64,000 bases of DNA from Candidatus Latescibacterota bacterium (GCA_965248755.1 OZ252149.1:4128001-4192000), one strand, 5' to 3'. Positions 1 to 10,319 are shown, numbered from the stretch's first letter. Translations and numbers: made by a program. Notes: generated by a model not told the origin, from the sequence alone.

Positions 1-369
1 ATTTTCACGTGCATTGTGCAGATAGTCATCCACTACTTCAGCCATAACGTAGATACGGTTTGTCTCCTTGTTCCAGCCTACGATGCACCTTACGTTGAAA
101 TCGGCAAGATCGACATCTCGCCAGATAGGATGATAAGTATGCGATCCTGACGGTAGTACCTCGCTCCTTTTGAAATCGTTCTCCAGAGTTATCCAGAACT
201 TCTCTGGGACCATATCCCAATCGCTCAAGTCGCCGTCTATCTGCGGCAAGGCGTTATCGGGAAACTGGAAGGCGGGAAAGATCCCACCAGGTGGCTTGTG
301 CGCTGAAACAACAGCCGACACAGCAAATATAATGCTGAGCGCAAAGAAACCTCTGATTAGTGTCTTCAT
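1..369 (-). CDS. Secreted CBM9/DOMON-like protein, N-terminal part (runs off window; not in ORF track)
   Basis: Manual translation from ATG at 369: signal peptide MKTLIRGFFALSIIFAVSAVVSA, then AFQFPDNALPQIDGDLSDW...VGWNKETNRIYVMAEVVDD; AAAGGA upstream. Confidence 0.8.
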   Translation of the reverse strand, partial: MKTLIRGFFALSIIFAVSAVVSAHKPPGGIFPAFQFPDNALPQIDGDLSDWDMVPEKFWITLENDFKRSEVLPSGSHTYHPIWRDVDLADFNVRCIVGWNKETNRIYVMAEVVDDYLHNAREN

Positions 370-478
370 ATACTACCGCTTCCTTTTCGGAACGACAAAA
401 GGTTGACTATACTAAAGCCCGACAATTTAAATTATCTCCCGCAAATTCCTTCGATTCTCCCCGACGCCAGATAAACCC

Positions 479-649
479 TTATCGCCTCCACTCTGAGACT
501 TCTGGGGTGGGGAATCCGCGGGCTGCACCTGTAGTAGTTATGCCCTCGTCCGTTTTGACTTTGACAAATAGCCATTTTCTCCCGCCGACTTCCGGTTTAG
601 GGGACCTAGAAGCGTCAACAAGAAATGTCTTGACATCTATTATCTTCAC
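479..649 (-). pseudogene. Fragment of a mandelate racemase/galactonate dehydratase (enolase superfamily) gene
   Basis: GTG-start 56 aa MKIIDVKTFLVD...GGRKWLFVKVKTDEGIT matches the family N-terminus, then stops. Confidence 0.7.
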
Positions 650-666
650 GTTTTAGAGTGTACTGT

Positions 667-1866
667 CTAATCTTGTGAGCGCTTCGAATCGGTTAATACT
701 ACGGCTCCCTCTCTACTGCTTTTAACTCCAATCATGTCGGCTGCCATCTCTGCGGTTCGTATGGAAGCCCCAGGACCGCCTAATTTATCTTTAACTTCGC
801 TCAAGTCTCTACGCACTTTTTCATATCTTTTGCTATCTTTGAGGTTACTGATAGATTCGGAGGCTATTCTTTGGCTATCGGCGGCCCTTTGAATAAACTC
901 CGGGACTATCTCTTTGCCAGCGATTATGTTCGGCAATCCCACATGCGGAATTTTCACAAGTAACTTTGCAACAATATAGGATATATAAGACATGCTGTAA
1001 ATTATAATCATAGGTGTTCCCAGAATAGCTGCCTCAAGCGTCGCCGTTCCGGATGCCACAAGGAGCAGATCAGAATGTCTCATCAGATCGTACGTCCTGC
1101 CCTTTAGCAACTTGACCTGTACTTCTTCCTTTGCGGCAATATCCTCGTAGAGGGAGGGTTCTATCTCATCAACGCATCCTACAAGAGCACACATATTCGG
1201 GAGGTTTTTACCCATACTTTTCAACGCCTCCAGCATAATCGGGAATATGCGCTCGATCTCATGTCTTCTGCTTCCGGGAAGGACGCCGATTATGATGGTG
1301 CAACCACTCCGTGTGGAGGCTCCGATGTCGTAGAGAAATTGTGCCTTTGTGGATTCGCACTTTACTACTTCTAACAGGGGATGTCCGACAAATTCTGCGT
1401 CGCCTCCACGCTCGTTGAAGATTTCCGGCTCAAAGGGAAAAACCGCCGCTATTTTGGAAGTAGCTTGTACTATCTTAGGGATTCTCCATTCTCCCCAGGC
1501 CCAGACTTTGGGAAGGATGTAGTACAACACAGGGATCCCTTTGTTGCGCGCTATACTGGCCAGTTTCAGGTTAAATCCGGCATAGTCTATGAGTATCAGA
1601 AGATCGGGCTTTTTATCCTCCAAGAGTCTTCGCATATCTGATAGAGCTTTCAGGACAAAGGGAATATGGCGTATTACTTCTACCAATCCCATAAACGCCA
1701 TGTCCTCCGAGCGATAGTGTAATTTCACACCTTCAGCCTCCATCCTGGGTCCGCCTATGCCGAAAATCTCTATATCCGGGGATATTCTCTTAAGTTCGCC
1801 CACAAGGCCGCTCCCGTGAAGGTCACCTGACGCCTCGCCTGCTACAATCATAACCCTACTTTTCAA
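667..1866 (-). CDS. lpxB: Lipid-A-disaccharide synthase
   Basis: VAGEASGDLHG, IDYAGFN, VWAW, FVGHPL, LPGSR, ASGTATLE motifs. Confidence 0.95.
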   Translation of the reverse strand: MKSRVMIVAGEASGDLHGSGLVGELKRISPDIEIFGIGGPRMEAEGVKLHYRSEDMAFMGLVEVIRHIPFVLKALSDMRRLLEDKKPDLLILIDYAGFNLKLASIARNKGIPVLYYILPKVWAWGEWRIPKIVQATSKIAAVFPFEPEIFNERGGDAEFVGHPLLEVVKCESTKAQFLYDIGASTRSGCTIIIGVLPGSRRHEIERIFPIMLEALKSMGKNLPNMCALVGCVDEIEPSLYEDIAAKEEVQVKLLKGRTYDLMRHSDLLLVASGTATLEAAILGTPMIIIYSMSYISYIVAKLLVKIPHVGLPNIIAGKEIVPEFIQRAADSQRIASESISNLKDSKRYEKVRRDLSEVKDKLGGPGASIRTAEMAADMIGVKSSREGAVVLTDSKRSQD

Positions 1867-1949
1867 GTTTTTTCCTTTTGGAAACTTACCTCAATAGACG
1901 ATTCCATAAAGAAGCAGGCAGGAGACAGGAATACCGTCTTCCCTGTCTT

Positions 1950-2120
1950 GAGATTGTCCTCGATTGAATCTATCGGGGATTGCTTCGGGTTTTTTCCCCT
2001 AGCGATGACCGAAGACAAGGGCAAGAAATGAGTACAGGGCGAAGCCAGCGCAGCGTGATAAAACCAAGCTTAATCGTCATTGGGGCCCCCTGATTAAGCG
2101 GGGGTAGCGAAGCAATCTCT
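1950..2120. repeat. Composite REP-like cluster (GAGATTGCTTCG..GCGATGAC / GTCATTG..GAAGCAATCT family) with 21-bp hairpin at 1958-1978
   Basis: Same motifs recur at about 3077-3210, 17375-17525, 25290-25420 and 45460-45585. Confidence 0.8.
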
Positions 2121-2152
2121 ATTAGACTGCCTTTCTCTCTGTATAGTGCCTA

Positions 2153-2995
2153 CTATATGCTGTCTACTGTCTTCCACAGATCGGGCAGAATCTCTCCAGC
2201 TTTGCCAATTAGAACGTCGTCTGCTATTTTGCTGAACCCCGTCGGCTCCAAGTTTATCTCTACGGTGTAAGCTCCTACTCGGCGTGCCTCTTCCGCAAGG
2301 ATGTGAGGTGTGGCTACATATCCTGAAGTCCCGATGACTAATGTCACGTCCACGCCCCCTTTGATAAAATCATAGGTTTCGTGGAACTCCCGGCCGTACT
2401 CCTCTCCGAAGAACACTACATCCGGTCTCGCAAGTGCTCCGCATCTTGGGCACACGGGCGGAATATGAGGAATTGGCGTATTCCGGTCCTCCCATGTATC
2501 TTCTTCGTCCACTGTGCACCGCATCCTCCAGATGCTTCCGTGAATCCCGATCACGTTCTTGCTCTCTGCTGCTTCGTGCAGATCGTCTATGTTCTGGGTG
2601 CTGATCAGAAAACGCGGATAGGCCCGCTCCATTTTTGCCAATATGATATGTGCAGGATTCGGCTTGCAGTGTACTATGCTCCTCCGGCGCATGTCGTACC
2701 ATTCCCAGGCGCGCGCAGGATCGCGAAAAAATCCTTCGGGTGTGGCGAGTTCTTCAGGATCGTACTTCGTCCACAGGCCATCCGCGTCTCTGAAGGTGGG
2801 GACTCCGCTTTCTGCCGATATTCCGGCACCTGTGATGATTAGAACGTTGGAGGCGGATTTAAGGCTTTCTACTGTGGTCGTATCTATGTCTGAGGATGGC
2901 AATTTCCCATTGCTCTTAATGTAAGGACGAGGCGACGTGGGACACTGCGCGGGTTGTTGCCACTCCTCTTTGCAGGAGGTACGAAGTGCCAGCAA
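2153..2995 (-). CDS. cobB: NAD-dependent protein deacylase, class III sirtuin (true start probably near 2902)
   Basis: TGAGISAESGVPTFR, WEWYDMRR, TQNIDDLH, HGS, RPDVVFFGE, IGTS, EIN motifs. Confidence 0.9.
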   Translation of the reverse strand: MLALRTSCKEEWQQPAQCPTSPRPYIKSNGKLPSSDIDTTTVESLKSASNVLIITGAGISAESGVPTFRDADGLWTKYDPEELATPEGFFRDPARAWEWYDMRRRSIVHCKPNPAHIILAKMERAYPRFLISTQNIDDLHEAAESKNVIGIHGSIWRMRCTVDEEDTWEDRNTPIPHIPPVCPRCGALARPDVVFFGEEYGREFHETYDFIKGGVDVTLVIGTSGYVATPHILAEEARRVGAYTVEINLEPTGFSKIADDVLIGKAGEILPDLWKTVDSI

Positions 2996-3076
2996 AGCAC
3001 ACAGTGGCTAAGTACATTTGCCCCTAAATTTTCGGTGTCAGCCTTTCCCTATCACTGACTACTGTCCGCTCGTCTA

Positions 3077-3210
3077 TGAGATTGCTTTGGGGAGATTGCT
3101 TGGGGACCAAATCCCTCGCAATGACGTTGCTTATTTTCATTTTCTGTCATTGCGACCCCTCTCCCCCGATTGAATCTATCGGGGGTAAATCGGGGGGAGC
3201 GAACTAATCT
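3077..3210. repeat. Composite REP-like cluster with nested 21-bp hairpin (3164-3184)
   Basis: gagattgctt..cgcaatgac, then gtcattgcga-CCCCGATTGAATCTATCGGGG-..gcgaactaatct. Confidence 0.8.
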
Positions 3211-3282
3211 AGAGGGATGGGCGGCAGCCCCTGGTTACTGTCTACCGCCTGCTTTCTACTTGTGTATGCTCTCTGCTGTCTT

Positions 3283-4122
3283 TCAGAATTCCCATAGGCT
3301 CATTGCAGTCGCGCCCAATATATGTTCCTTATCTTCGTCCGACAGGAATGCAAGTTCCCTTCTTATGAAGTTGAGATTCCTGATGTAGCCGCACTTGACA
3401 AGGACGTGCGGGAAATCTGTCCCCCAGAGCATCCTTTTGGCGCCGAATTCATCCCGCACAACCTTTATAATCTCGTGTGTATCGCCGTAGGGATACCGCT
3501 GCTTGGAATACCATCCGAAACCCGATGTTTTGATATATACGTTGGGAAGATCTGAAAGGCTCAGAAGCTTTTGGAAGCGCTTCCCTGATGTTTTCTCTTC
3601 TACGTTCGGATAGGCCATGTGATCCAGAACCAATCTTACGCCCTCAAATCGTACGGCCATTTCCTCCACTATATCCAGAGGGTGGGGACCCAAGAGCACG
3701 CATACTGGCACGTTCAACTTTTGTGCCCTTTCCCACAGTGGATATGTGTCCTTGTGATTAAACCATACTTTTTCCTCCGGCACTGCTGGTCGGAGTCGTA
3801 TCCCCCTTATGTTGTTCTCCTCGACCCAGTATTCTAATCGATCTGGGGCGTCTCTGTCCCAGGGATGAACGACGCATACACCTGCGAATTTTCCCGGAAA
3901 TCGCTTCAACACTGAAGATAGGTAAGTATTATCGGAGCCGTAGTACACAGGCTGAACAAGCACCGCCTTGTCGACATCCGCTTCGTCCATGTAGTCTAGA
4001 AGAAGTTCGGGGGAGGCCTCAGAGTGCACGCAGAACTGACCGGGGAAAGAGGATAGAGCCGGTCTGCCCGCTGATGCGAACTCGTCCCATACGTGAAGGT
4101 GAGCGTCAACTACTATGGACAT
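3283..4122 (-). CDS. Amidohydrolase_2 family protein (L-fuconolactonase-like)
   Basis: DAHLHVW, LVQP, GIRL, LDHMA, YIKTSG, WGTDFP. Confidence 0.85.
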   Translation of the reverse strand: MSIVVDAHLHVWDEFASAGRPALSSFPGQFCVHSEASPELLLDYMDEADVDKAVLVQPVYYGSDNTYLSSVLKRFPGKFAGVCVVHPWDRDAPDRLEYWVEENNIRGIRLRPAVPEEKVWFNHKDTYPLWERAQKLNVPVCVLLGPHPLDIVEEMAVRFEGVRLVLDHMAYPNVEEKTSGKRFQKLLSLSDLPNVYIKTSGFGWYSKQRYPYGDTHEIIKVVRDEFGAKRMLWGTDFPHVLVKCGYIRNLNFIRRELAFLSDEDKEHILGATAMSLWEF

Positions 4123-4253
4123 ATTGTTAGTCTCCCTTTTGCCCGAAATGTTCTTCGTGCGCTTCGCGCTTTGTTATCGTTTGCTCCTCGAATACCACCG
4201 GAAAGGGCTGGTCGCAATACACGCAGTGCTAACGCCGCATTATTGGGGTCACC

Positions 4254-5348
4254 TTAAAATTCCAACGCAACTCTGATAGCCCTGCCATCGTCTGCAAATT
4301 GAAACGCTTCGTTGATCTGGTCAAATCTGAACTTATGGGAGATGATCTTATGGAAGGGGTACTTATCCTTTGTCCTGACGAGAAAATCCAAGGCTCTCGG
4401 CATCACCCACTTTTCGTACGCTGTGATGCCCTTTATGGTCCTGTTCGGCCTGACTACCAGCGCCGGATCTAAGTTTGTCTTGAAGCCGACGTTTATGTTG
4501 CCTATCCAGAGATACCTTCCCCCGAATCTGAGCAGTTTAAGCCCCTCGTCTATTACCTGTGGGACCCCTGTGAACTCCGCGACAACGTCGGCACCGGCTC
4601 CTCTTGTCAGATCGTGTACCAATTCCATCCTCTGCTCCCTATTAGTTTCTATTACATTTACAACCCTGTCCGCGCCGAACTCTTTTGCCAAGTTCAATCT
4701 GTCCTCTAACCTGTCCAGAACGATAACCTGTCCTGCGCCCATCTCCTTGGCTATAGAGGAGGCGTAGAGTCCCAGGCCGCCGGCACCCTGTATCACTACT
4801 GTATCCTCCAGGGTGATCCCTATTTGATTCATACCGTATATCGACTCGCAAAGAGCGCAGTTCAGGGGCGAGACCACTTGATCGGGAAGTTCGTCGGGCA
4901 CCTTGAAGACCCAATGTCCCGGCTCCATATAGTAATATTCCCCGTATGCGCCGTTGAAGTGCGGAAACTCGTCTGCTGGGACCCCTATCCAATCCCTGTA
5001 TCTGTTGGGACACGCCGGTCCTCCGGTAAGACATACGGGACATTGTCCGCAGGGCCTGAAATAGGAATAGACGATCCTGTCTCCCTCCTTGAGGGGTTGT
5101 CCCAGATCGTCAGTCTTCACATTTTTCCCCAGGGCGTAAATTGTGCCGACCATTTCATGGCCTAAGATCTGATTTATGCCCTGGGGTATGCCAGGTCCGC
5201 GCCCCTTCCAGAAGTGAAGATCCGAACCGCAGATGTTTGACATCGAAAGTACCACTACTATAGCGTCGGCTCCTACGTCCGGCACGGGATATTCTCTTAT
5301 TTCGAAGGGCGCGCGCGCCCTTGTGAATATAGCTGCCTTGCCGTTCAT
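4254..5348 (-). CDS. Zinc-dependent alcohol dehydrogenase (MDR family)
   Basis: CGSDLH, GHE, CGQCPVC..C, QGAGGLG. Confidence 0.9.
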   Translation of the reverse strand: MNGKAAIFTRARAPFEIREYPVPDVGADAIVVVLSMSNICGSDLHFWKGRGPGIPQGINQILGHEMVGTIYALGKNVKTDDLGQPLKEGDRIVYSYFRPCGQCPVCLTGGPACPNRYRDWIGVPADEFPHFNGAYGEYYYMEPGHWVFKVPDELPDQVVSPLNCALCESIYGMNQIGITLEDTVVIQGAGGLGLYASSIAKEMGAGQVIVLDRLEDRLNLAKEFGADRVVNVIETNREQRMELVHDLTRGAGADVVAEFTGVPQVIDEGLKLLRFGGRYLWIGNINVGFKTNLDPALVVRPNRTIKGITAYEKWVMPRALDFLVRTKDKYPFHKIISHKFRFDQINEAFQFADDGRAIRVALEF

Positions 5349-5368
5349 TATTAATCTTCCTTTCTGCT

Positions 5369-5617
5369 CTACTGCTTTGAAAACCACATAATAAGATCAA
5401 ACAGACCTCCGCCTATAAGAGCGATGGCTACGGCAATGGCAAGGATTATCAACCACTCGTATTTATGCCTTTTGAGTTTGGGATGCTGTCTCAGCTTGTC
5501 TTGGTCTCCGAACATTATTGTCTCCGGGTAAGTAAAACGTTGATAACGCATTATACTCCACAGGTCATACATTGTCAATATAAATACAAAAGCGCATAAA
5601 AGTAGCGGCGAACCCAT
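5369..5617 (-). CDS. Small membrane protein (2 TM), unknown function
   Basis: 82 aa, two hydrophobic segments, directly upstream of the ADH on the same strand. Confidence 0.5.
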   Translation of the reverse strand: MGSPLLLCAFVFILTMYDLWSIMRYQRFTYPETIMFGDQDKLRQHPKLKRHKYEWLIILAIAVAIALIGGGLFDLIMWFSKQ

Positions 5618-5762
5618 GGGCAGTGCACGGGAGATGTGGAAACAAGCCAGCCAGTGGTTGTCCCGACATCCGTATTTTCATGCTTGACACGTTGGTCAGA
5701 GCAGACGCATGGGTCTGCCCTGACTGTTCGCTCTTACCTTTCTTGCTTTGCTATCTGCAGGT

Positions 5763-7346
5763 CTATAAGCCACTGTGCTCATACGGACCAAGATCCGGAT
5801 CCTGGCCTCGATGAAAGTTCTTGCCCATCAGATACTTGATTTCCATTTCCACATCGCGAATATATATCTGAGGTGTCACCTCTGGATCCCGCTTTAAGAG
5901 TGTCACCTTAAGGGTGTTAGTTCCCTTTAGAGGCCAGTGCTCCCGATCCAGCTTATAGACAAACCAGTAGTCTGAGCCAGTGCGATACCGCGGCGCATGC
6001 ATCCTGTACATCTGGTTGATCTTGCGCAGAAGTCTATCGGGAAATTCTACTCCGTTGAGCTCGAAGCGCAAGTGGTCGATCTCAGTGGTGTTCATAATCC
6101 GCATGCGCAGGAGTACTTCATGCACGCGACCGACCTTGTCCCAGCGCTCCAGGTCATCGCTGATTTGTATATCTATCTCAACAGGTTTATTCTCCTCCAG
6201 GTTGCGGGGGAGCTGTCTGGTTGTCCCCGGTTCTCCAGCTGGTTGTGGGTTTCTACCCGTTTCGGTGAGGACGTAATAGTGTTTATCCTTGACGCCCATG
6301 ACATCAGGATGGGGCAGCTCACGTAGTTTTTCATAGAAGGACGCCCCGTACGGCCAGTTGTTGAACCAATGCGCCAGGTATAGTCCGTCGATGCCCTGAT
6401 CCCAGTAATTGCATGCAGCGGCGCGGATCATCTCGATAGTCGCATCGCCCAGACGATCGGAGTCCACATGGCTTTGGATGGCGGCGTGAATACGGCACTT
6501 TGTACCTTTTGCTGCTTCCACTAAAGGGGTGAAATTGGTCAGTTGATCGAGCAGTTCCGGGCCTGAAAAGGTCTGACCGATCAGGACGTCTACAATACCT
6601 TCTTTGATCCAGTCGCGCACGTCAAGACCGACCGATAAACATCCCTCGATGCTAACTGGGGTGCGGATCGCCAGCTCACGTTCGGAGCCGCTCTTTTTCA
6701 ACGCCTCATAGACGCGCCCGATCCATTCTGTCATGATCTTACAGCCTGCTTCTACCTCTTTCGGATGAAAGTAATAGGGTTGGTAGTTGAGCTGTAATTC
6801 GAAGCCGTCAACAGGATAGTTAGTCAGTGTCTCCTGAATCAGTGCAAAGCGCTCTTCCTGCACCTCCTTATGCTTGAAATCCAGGCAGTCCAATCCGGGA
6901 AGATTAGGATCGAGGTCGCCTTTCGCGCCGATCTCCAGGTGTTTATTGTCAAAGCGAAAGTCCGATCCGCGCGTATCCTGACCGCGCTGGCCGCTGCCCT
7001 GTTGCACCAGGAGCGTAGGGTAGATCAGCATACCCTTTTGATGAGCGCGGTCGCAGACGATGCGCAGTGGATCGTAGCCTGCTTCGATCAAGTCTACAGC
7101 GTTTCGGTGGGCTCGTTGGAAGATCAGATGTGACCATTTATCCACATTATGGCCCCATAGCTCACCCACCTTAGTATCGTGGAGTACGGTGCGTCCATCT
7201 CCTAAACAGAACATGATCGCCTCTATCGGCGTGCCGACTAATTCATTGACAGCGGCCTCGCACTCCTCTTTCTGAATCGGCGGTTCGTACATATAGATCA
7301 GAGAGTGACGTGCGTCGTGATAGAACATCATGCGTGGTTGTGGCAT
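5763..7346 (-). CDS. Glycosyl-hydrolase-like (GHL10/DUF187-type) TIM-barrel protein
   Basis: 527 aa; LDFKHKEVQEERFALIQE..YPVDGFELQ and GIDGLYL pattern; AAAGGAG RBS. Confidence 0.7.
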   Translation of the reverse strand: MPQPRMMFYHDARHSLIYMYEPPIQKEECEAAVNELVGTPIEAIMFCLGDGRTVLHDTKVGELWGHNVDKWSHLIFQRAHRNAVDLIEAGYDPLRIVCDRAHQKGMLIYPTLLVQQGSGQRGQDTRGSDFRFDNKHLEIGAKGDLDPNLPGLDCLDFKHKEVQEERFALIQETLTNYPVDGFELQLNYQPYYFHPKEVEAGCKIMTEWIGRVYEALKKSGSERELAIRTPVSIEGCLSVGLDVRDWIKEGIVDVLIGQTFSGPELLDQLTNFTPLVEAAKGTKCRIHAAIQSHVDSDRLGDATIEMIRAAACNYWDQGIDGLYLAHWFNNWPYGASFYEKLRELPHPDVMGVKDKHYYVLTETGRNPQPAGEPGTTRQLPRNLEENKPVEIDIQISDDLERWDKVGRVHEVLLRMRIMNTTEIDHLRFELNGVEFPDRLLRKINQMYRMHAPRYRTGSDYWFVYKLDREHWPLKGTNTLKVTLLKRDPEVTPQIYIRDVEMEIKYLMGKNFHRGQDPDLGPYEHSGL

Positions 7347-7416
7347 GCTCCGCTCCTTTGATTTTACCTGTGAAACTGGGTTGAGTGTGATGTTTTGTCA
7401 GTTGTTTGTTACCTCC

Positions 7417-7445
7417 AAGGTACTCGATTTTGTCTCTCTTGTCAA
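7417..7445 (-). promoter_or_regulatory. sigma70-like promoter for 7346 gene
   Basis: TTGACA-17 nt-TACCTT on minus strand. Confidence 0.55.
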
Positions 7446-7699
7446 ATAAAGTTGACGGTCCATTACCTTAGCGGAGCTTCCTGCAGATACATCTTGACAT
7501 CTGATCGATTATTCTCCATTTCGTGAACACTATAACTCTTATGTATGTGTAATATTGAACTGTTGTGGAAGCATACGCGCAAAACAAATGGATAGCAAAG
7601 AGCAGTATCAGCCCCGCGTGTCTGCCCTGACTGGGAGAACTCATGTGTTCGCCCCTACCTACTGCTGTCACTAAAATAGGTAGTCTTGGGAAAACCATA

Positions 7700-7726
7700 G
7701 AAAAAGCCCGCCAGTCTGGGGGGCTG
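7700..7726 (-). terminator. Intrinsic terminator
   Basis: cagccccccagactggcgggct hairpin followed by TTTTT on minus strand. Confidence 0.6.
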
Positions 7727-7773
7727 TGTGTTCGAGACTCCTTTAGCTTTTGGGCAAAAGGGACTCAAGGAGC

Positions 7774-7900
7774 TTATCTCGTCAAGTGCAGCTTCCTTGT
7801 CTGCACAAATCCGATCCATTTCTAACCGATACAGATAGACCCTGCTGGTGAGGCTTTCTCCGTTGTCATCTTTGCCATCTCAGACTAAAGAATGACTGCC
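7774..7900 (-). pseudogene. Remnant FlgD/T9SS-type C-terminal sorting domain
   Basis: GSHSLV*DGKDDNGESLTSRVYLYRLEMD/FVQTRKLHLTR*, closely resembling the intact C-terminus of 27943..31692. Confidence 0.8.
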
Positions 7901-7955
7901 ACTGCCGAAGGGCTTTCAAAGGATAGCGCGCCATCTAAGCCCCCTGTTAGGCCTT

Positions 7956-8189
7956 TTATGGGTAAGTTTCTGTTATCTCAATAATATTTCCATCAAGGTT
8001 AACCTTGGCCTTTACCCAGTTTACCACAACTCCTCCAAAGGCATTCTTGCCTCTGTAAGTCGTTCTAACCACGAGGTAATCCCCCATATCCCAATAGACC
8101 GTCTCAACATGGTCATAACTGTCAGGATCATTCATCTCCTTCTTAATGAGGCGATCAAGATTTCTATGGGAACCATCCCATGCGCTAAA
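7956..8189 (-). pseudogene. In-frame continuation of the NHL gene beyond an internal TAA (conserved FSAWDGSH domain)
   Basis: *FSAWDGSHRNLDRLIKKEMNDPDSYDHVETVYWDMGDYLVVRTTYRGKNAFGGVV..., same frame as 8190..9419. Confidence 0.75.
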
Positions 8190-9419
8190 TTAACGTTCTA
8201 TTTTCTCTTTCCGTTTAGCGGCAAGTCGCTGCTCCTCCTTTTCTTCTGCCGCCTTGGTCTTGTCATAAAGTAGTTTTGACTTATATTTTTCATTATCTGG
8301 ATGTAACGCAAGCTCGACCTTGCGTACCCGGTGATTGAACGTATCCGCGATATAGATAACCCCCGATCCATGCACGAATACGCCATTAAGCTCCTTCAAG
8401 CTCGCACTGGTAGCTGGACCGCCATCACCGGAAAATCCACCGGCATCATAACCGGTACCCCCGCTTCCCGCCACAGTGGAGATGATGCCAGACGTATCCA
8501 CCTTACGTATCCGGTGATTGAGATGATCCGCGATATAGATAACTCCTGATCCACCCATGAATACGCCACGAGGATTATTTAAGCTCGCACTGGTTGCTGG
8601 TCCTCCATCACCTAAAGCACCGGTGCCACCTCCCGCGACGGTGGAGATGATGCCCGACGTATCCACCTTACGTATCCGGTGATTGTGCTGATCCGCAATA
8701 TAGATATTGCCCAATTCATCCACGAATACGTCATAAGGAAAATTCAAACCCGCACTGGTAGCTGGACCACCATCACCGGAAAATGCTTCAGTGCCATTTC
8801 CTGCCACGGTGGAGATAATGCCCGACGTATCCACCTTCCGTATCCGGTTATTGCGGATATCCGCAACATAAATATTGCCTGATCCATCCACGAATACGCT
8901 ATGTGGAAAATTCAAACTCGCACTGGTTGCCGGACCTCCATCACCGGAGAATCCAGCAGTACCATTTCCTGCCACGGTGGAGATGATGCCCGACGTATCT
9001 ACCTTGCGTATCCGGCAATTCCACGTATCCGCGATATAGATAACCCCCGATCTGTCAACGAATACACCATAAGGCCAACTCAAGCTCGCACTGGTAGCTG
9101 GGCGCCCATCACCGGAGAATGCATGCGTGCCGTTTCCTGCCACGGTGGAGATGATGCCCGAAGCATCCACCTTACGTATCTTGTCATTCCACGGATCCGC
9201 GATATAGAGAACGCCCGATACATCCACGAATACGCCAGAAGGAAAATCCAATCTCGCACTGGTTGCCGGACCCCCATCACCGGAAAATCCAGCAGTACCA
9301 TTTCCTGCCACGGTGGCGATCACGCCTGGTTCAGCAGAAACTGAAGGGGCAAATGCAAAGATCCAGGAATACAAAACCAAAATACTAATCACAACATCTT
9401 TACAGAGATCCTTTCTCAT
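8190..9419 (-). CDS. Secreted NHL-repeat beta-propeller protein
   Basis: Signal peptide; six ~56-aa repeats TVAGNGTAGFSGDGGPATSASL..P.GVFVD..G.IYIAD..N.RIRKVD; GGAGG RBS. Confidence 0.9.
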   Translation of the reverse strand: MRKDLCKDVVISILVLYSWIFAFAPSVSAEPGVIATVAGNGTAGFSGDGGPATSARLDFPSGVFVDVSGVLYIADPWNDKIRKVDASGIISTVAGNGTHAFSGDGRPATSASLSWPYGVFVDRSGVIYIADTWNCRIRKVDTSGIISTVAGNGTAGFSGDGGPATSASLNFPHSVFVDGSGNIYVADIRNNRIRKVDTSGIISTVAGNGTEAFSGDGGPATSAGLNFPYDVFVDELGNIYIADQHNHRIRKVDTSGIISTVAGGGTGALGDGGPATSASLNNPRGVFMGGSGVIYIADHLNHRIRKVDTSGIISTVAGSGGTGYDAGGFSGDGGPATSASLKELNGVFVHGSGVIYIADTFNHRVRKVELALHPDNEKYKSKLLYDKTKAAEEKEEQRLAAKRKEKIER

Positions 9420-9506
9420 ATTGTGCACCTCCATCATTTTCGGATGACGGCCCAGCTAACCTCTCGCCTTCCAACGTTTCCATTATTCCTGTCTCCTACC
9501 AACTGT

Positions 9507-10319
9507 CTACTTGCCCATTGACTCAAGGATCTGTCCGTGAATGTTCCCGTTTGTCCCTAAAAGGTTCATTCGCAGATTGGAGTACGTCTTCGGCTCTCCC
9601 TTAAGAGGAAACACAGGTTCGCCTGAAAGATATGTGAATTAGCCTCCCGCCTCCTGGAGGATCAGGCCCGAGGCCGCTATGTCCCACGCCTTGATGTCCA
9701 TATCTATATACCCGTCGAATACCCCTTCTGCTGTGTAGCACAGGCTCAAAGCGGCGCAGCCTATGGACCTGCACTTTGAGACGTTTGAGAATATCCTCTG
9801 CATATACTTCACCGTTCCAGGCAGCAGTTCATTTTCCACTATGGCCGTGGAGACGGCAAAAAGAGAGAGGGGTGTCAACTTCGGAGTATCGCTTACCTGA
9901 ATCAAATCTTCATTGAGATATGCTCCGTCGCCCTCAGATGCGTAAAACATTTTGTCCCTTAGTGGATCGTACACAGCGCCCACTACTGGTACGCCGTTCT
10001 TCAGGAGTCCTATGGATACATCGAAGATCGGAAATCCGCGGGCGTAGTTGAACGTGGCGTCCAAAGGGTCAATCAGCCAGCAGTACTCCGAATTTAGGTT
10101 AAATCCGCTCCCCTCTTCTCCGACTATACCGTGATCGGGTAATGCCTTTTTGATAGCTTCAACTACGAAGGACTCCGAGTCTCTATCGGCCTCGGTTACC
10201 AGATCTCCGACGCCTTTCTCCTCTACATGCTCAATGTTCCCCAGATAGTCTATGAGCAGTCCTCCGGCTTTTCGGGCTGTTTCTATTGCCAAATTCAAGA
10301 ATTCTTCTTTATCGTTCAT
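9507..10319 (-). pseudogene. Inositol monophosphatase (SuhB-like) with an in-frame TAA at 9639-9641
   Basis: DLVTEAD, GEE, IDPLDATFNY, WDIAAS..EAGG; the frame continues FTYLSGEP...LGTNGNIHGQIL, the normal family C-terminus, to TAG at 9507. Confidence 0.8.

Noticed and set aside
2153..2995. Sir2 as an anti-phage (Thoeris/DSR-type) effector
   Set aside because: It has complete stand-alone class III CobB motifs and no defence partner genes nearby
8300..9320. CRISPR-like periodic repeats
   Set aside because: The ~168-bp period is in-frame NHL protein repeats; there are no unique spacers or cas genes
8190..9641. Genome-wide TAA reassignment
   Set aside because: TAA ends genes at their conserved termini (e.g. 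fliC, purL), and the FG-GAP relic has TAA at an expected Tyr rather than Gln or Lys
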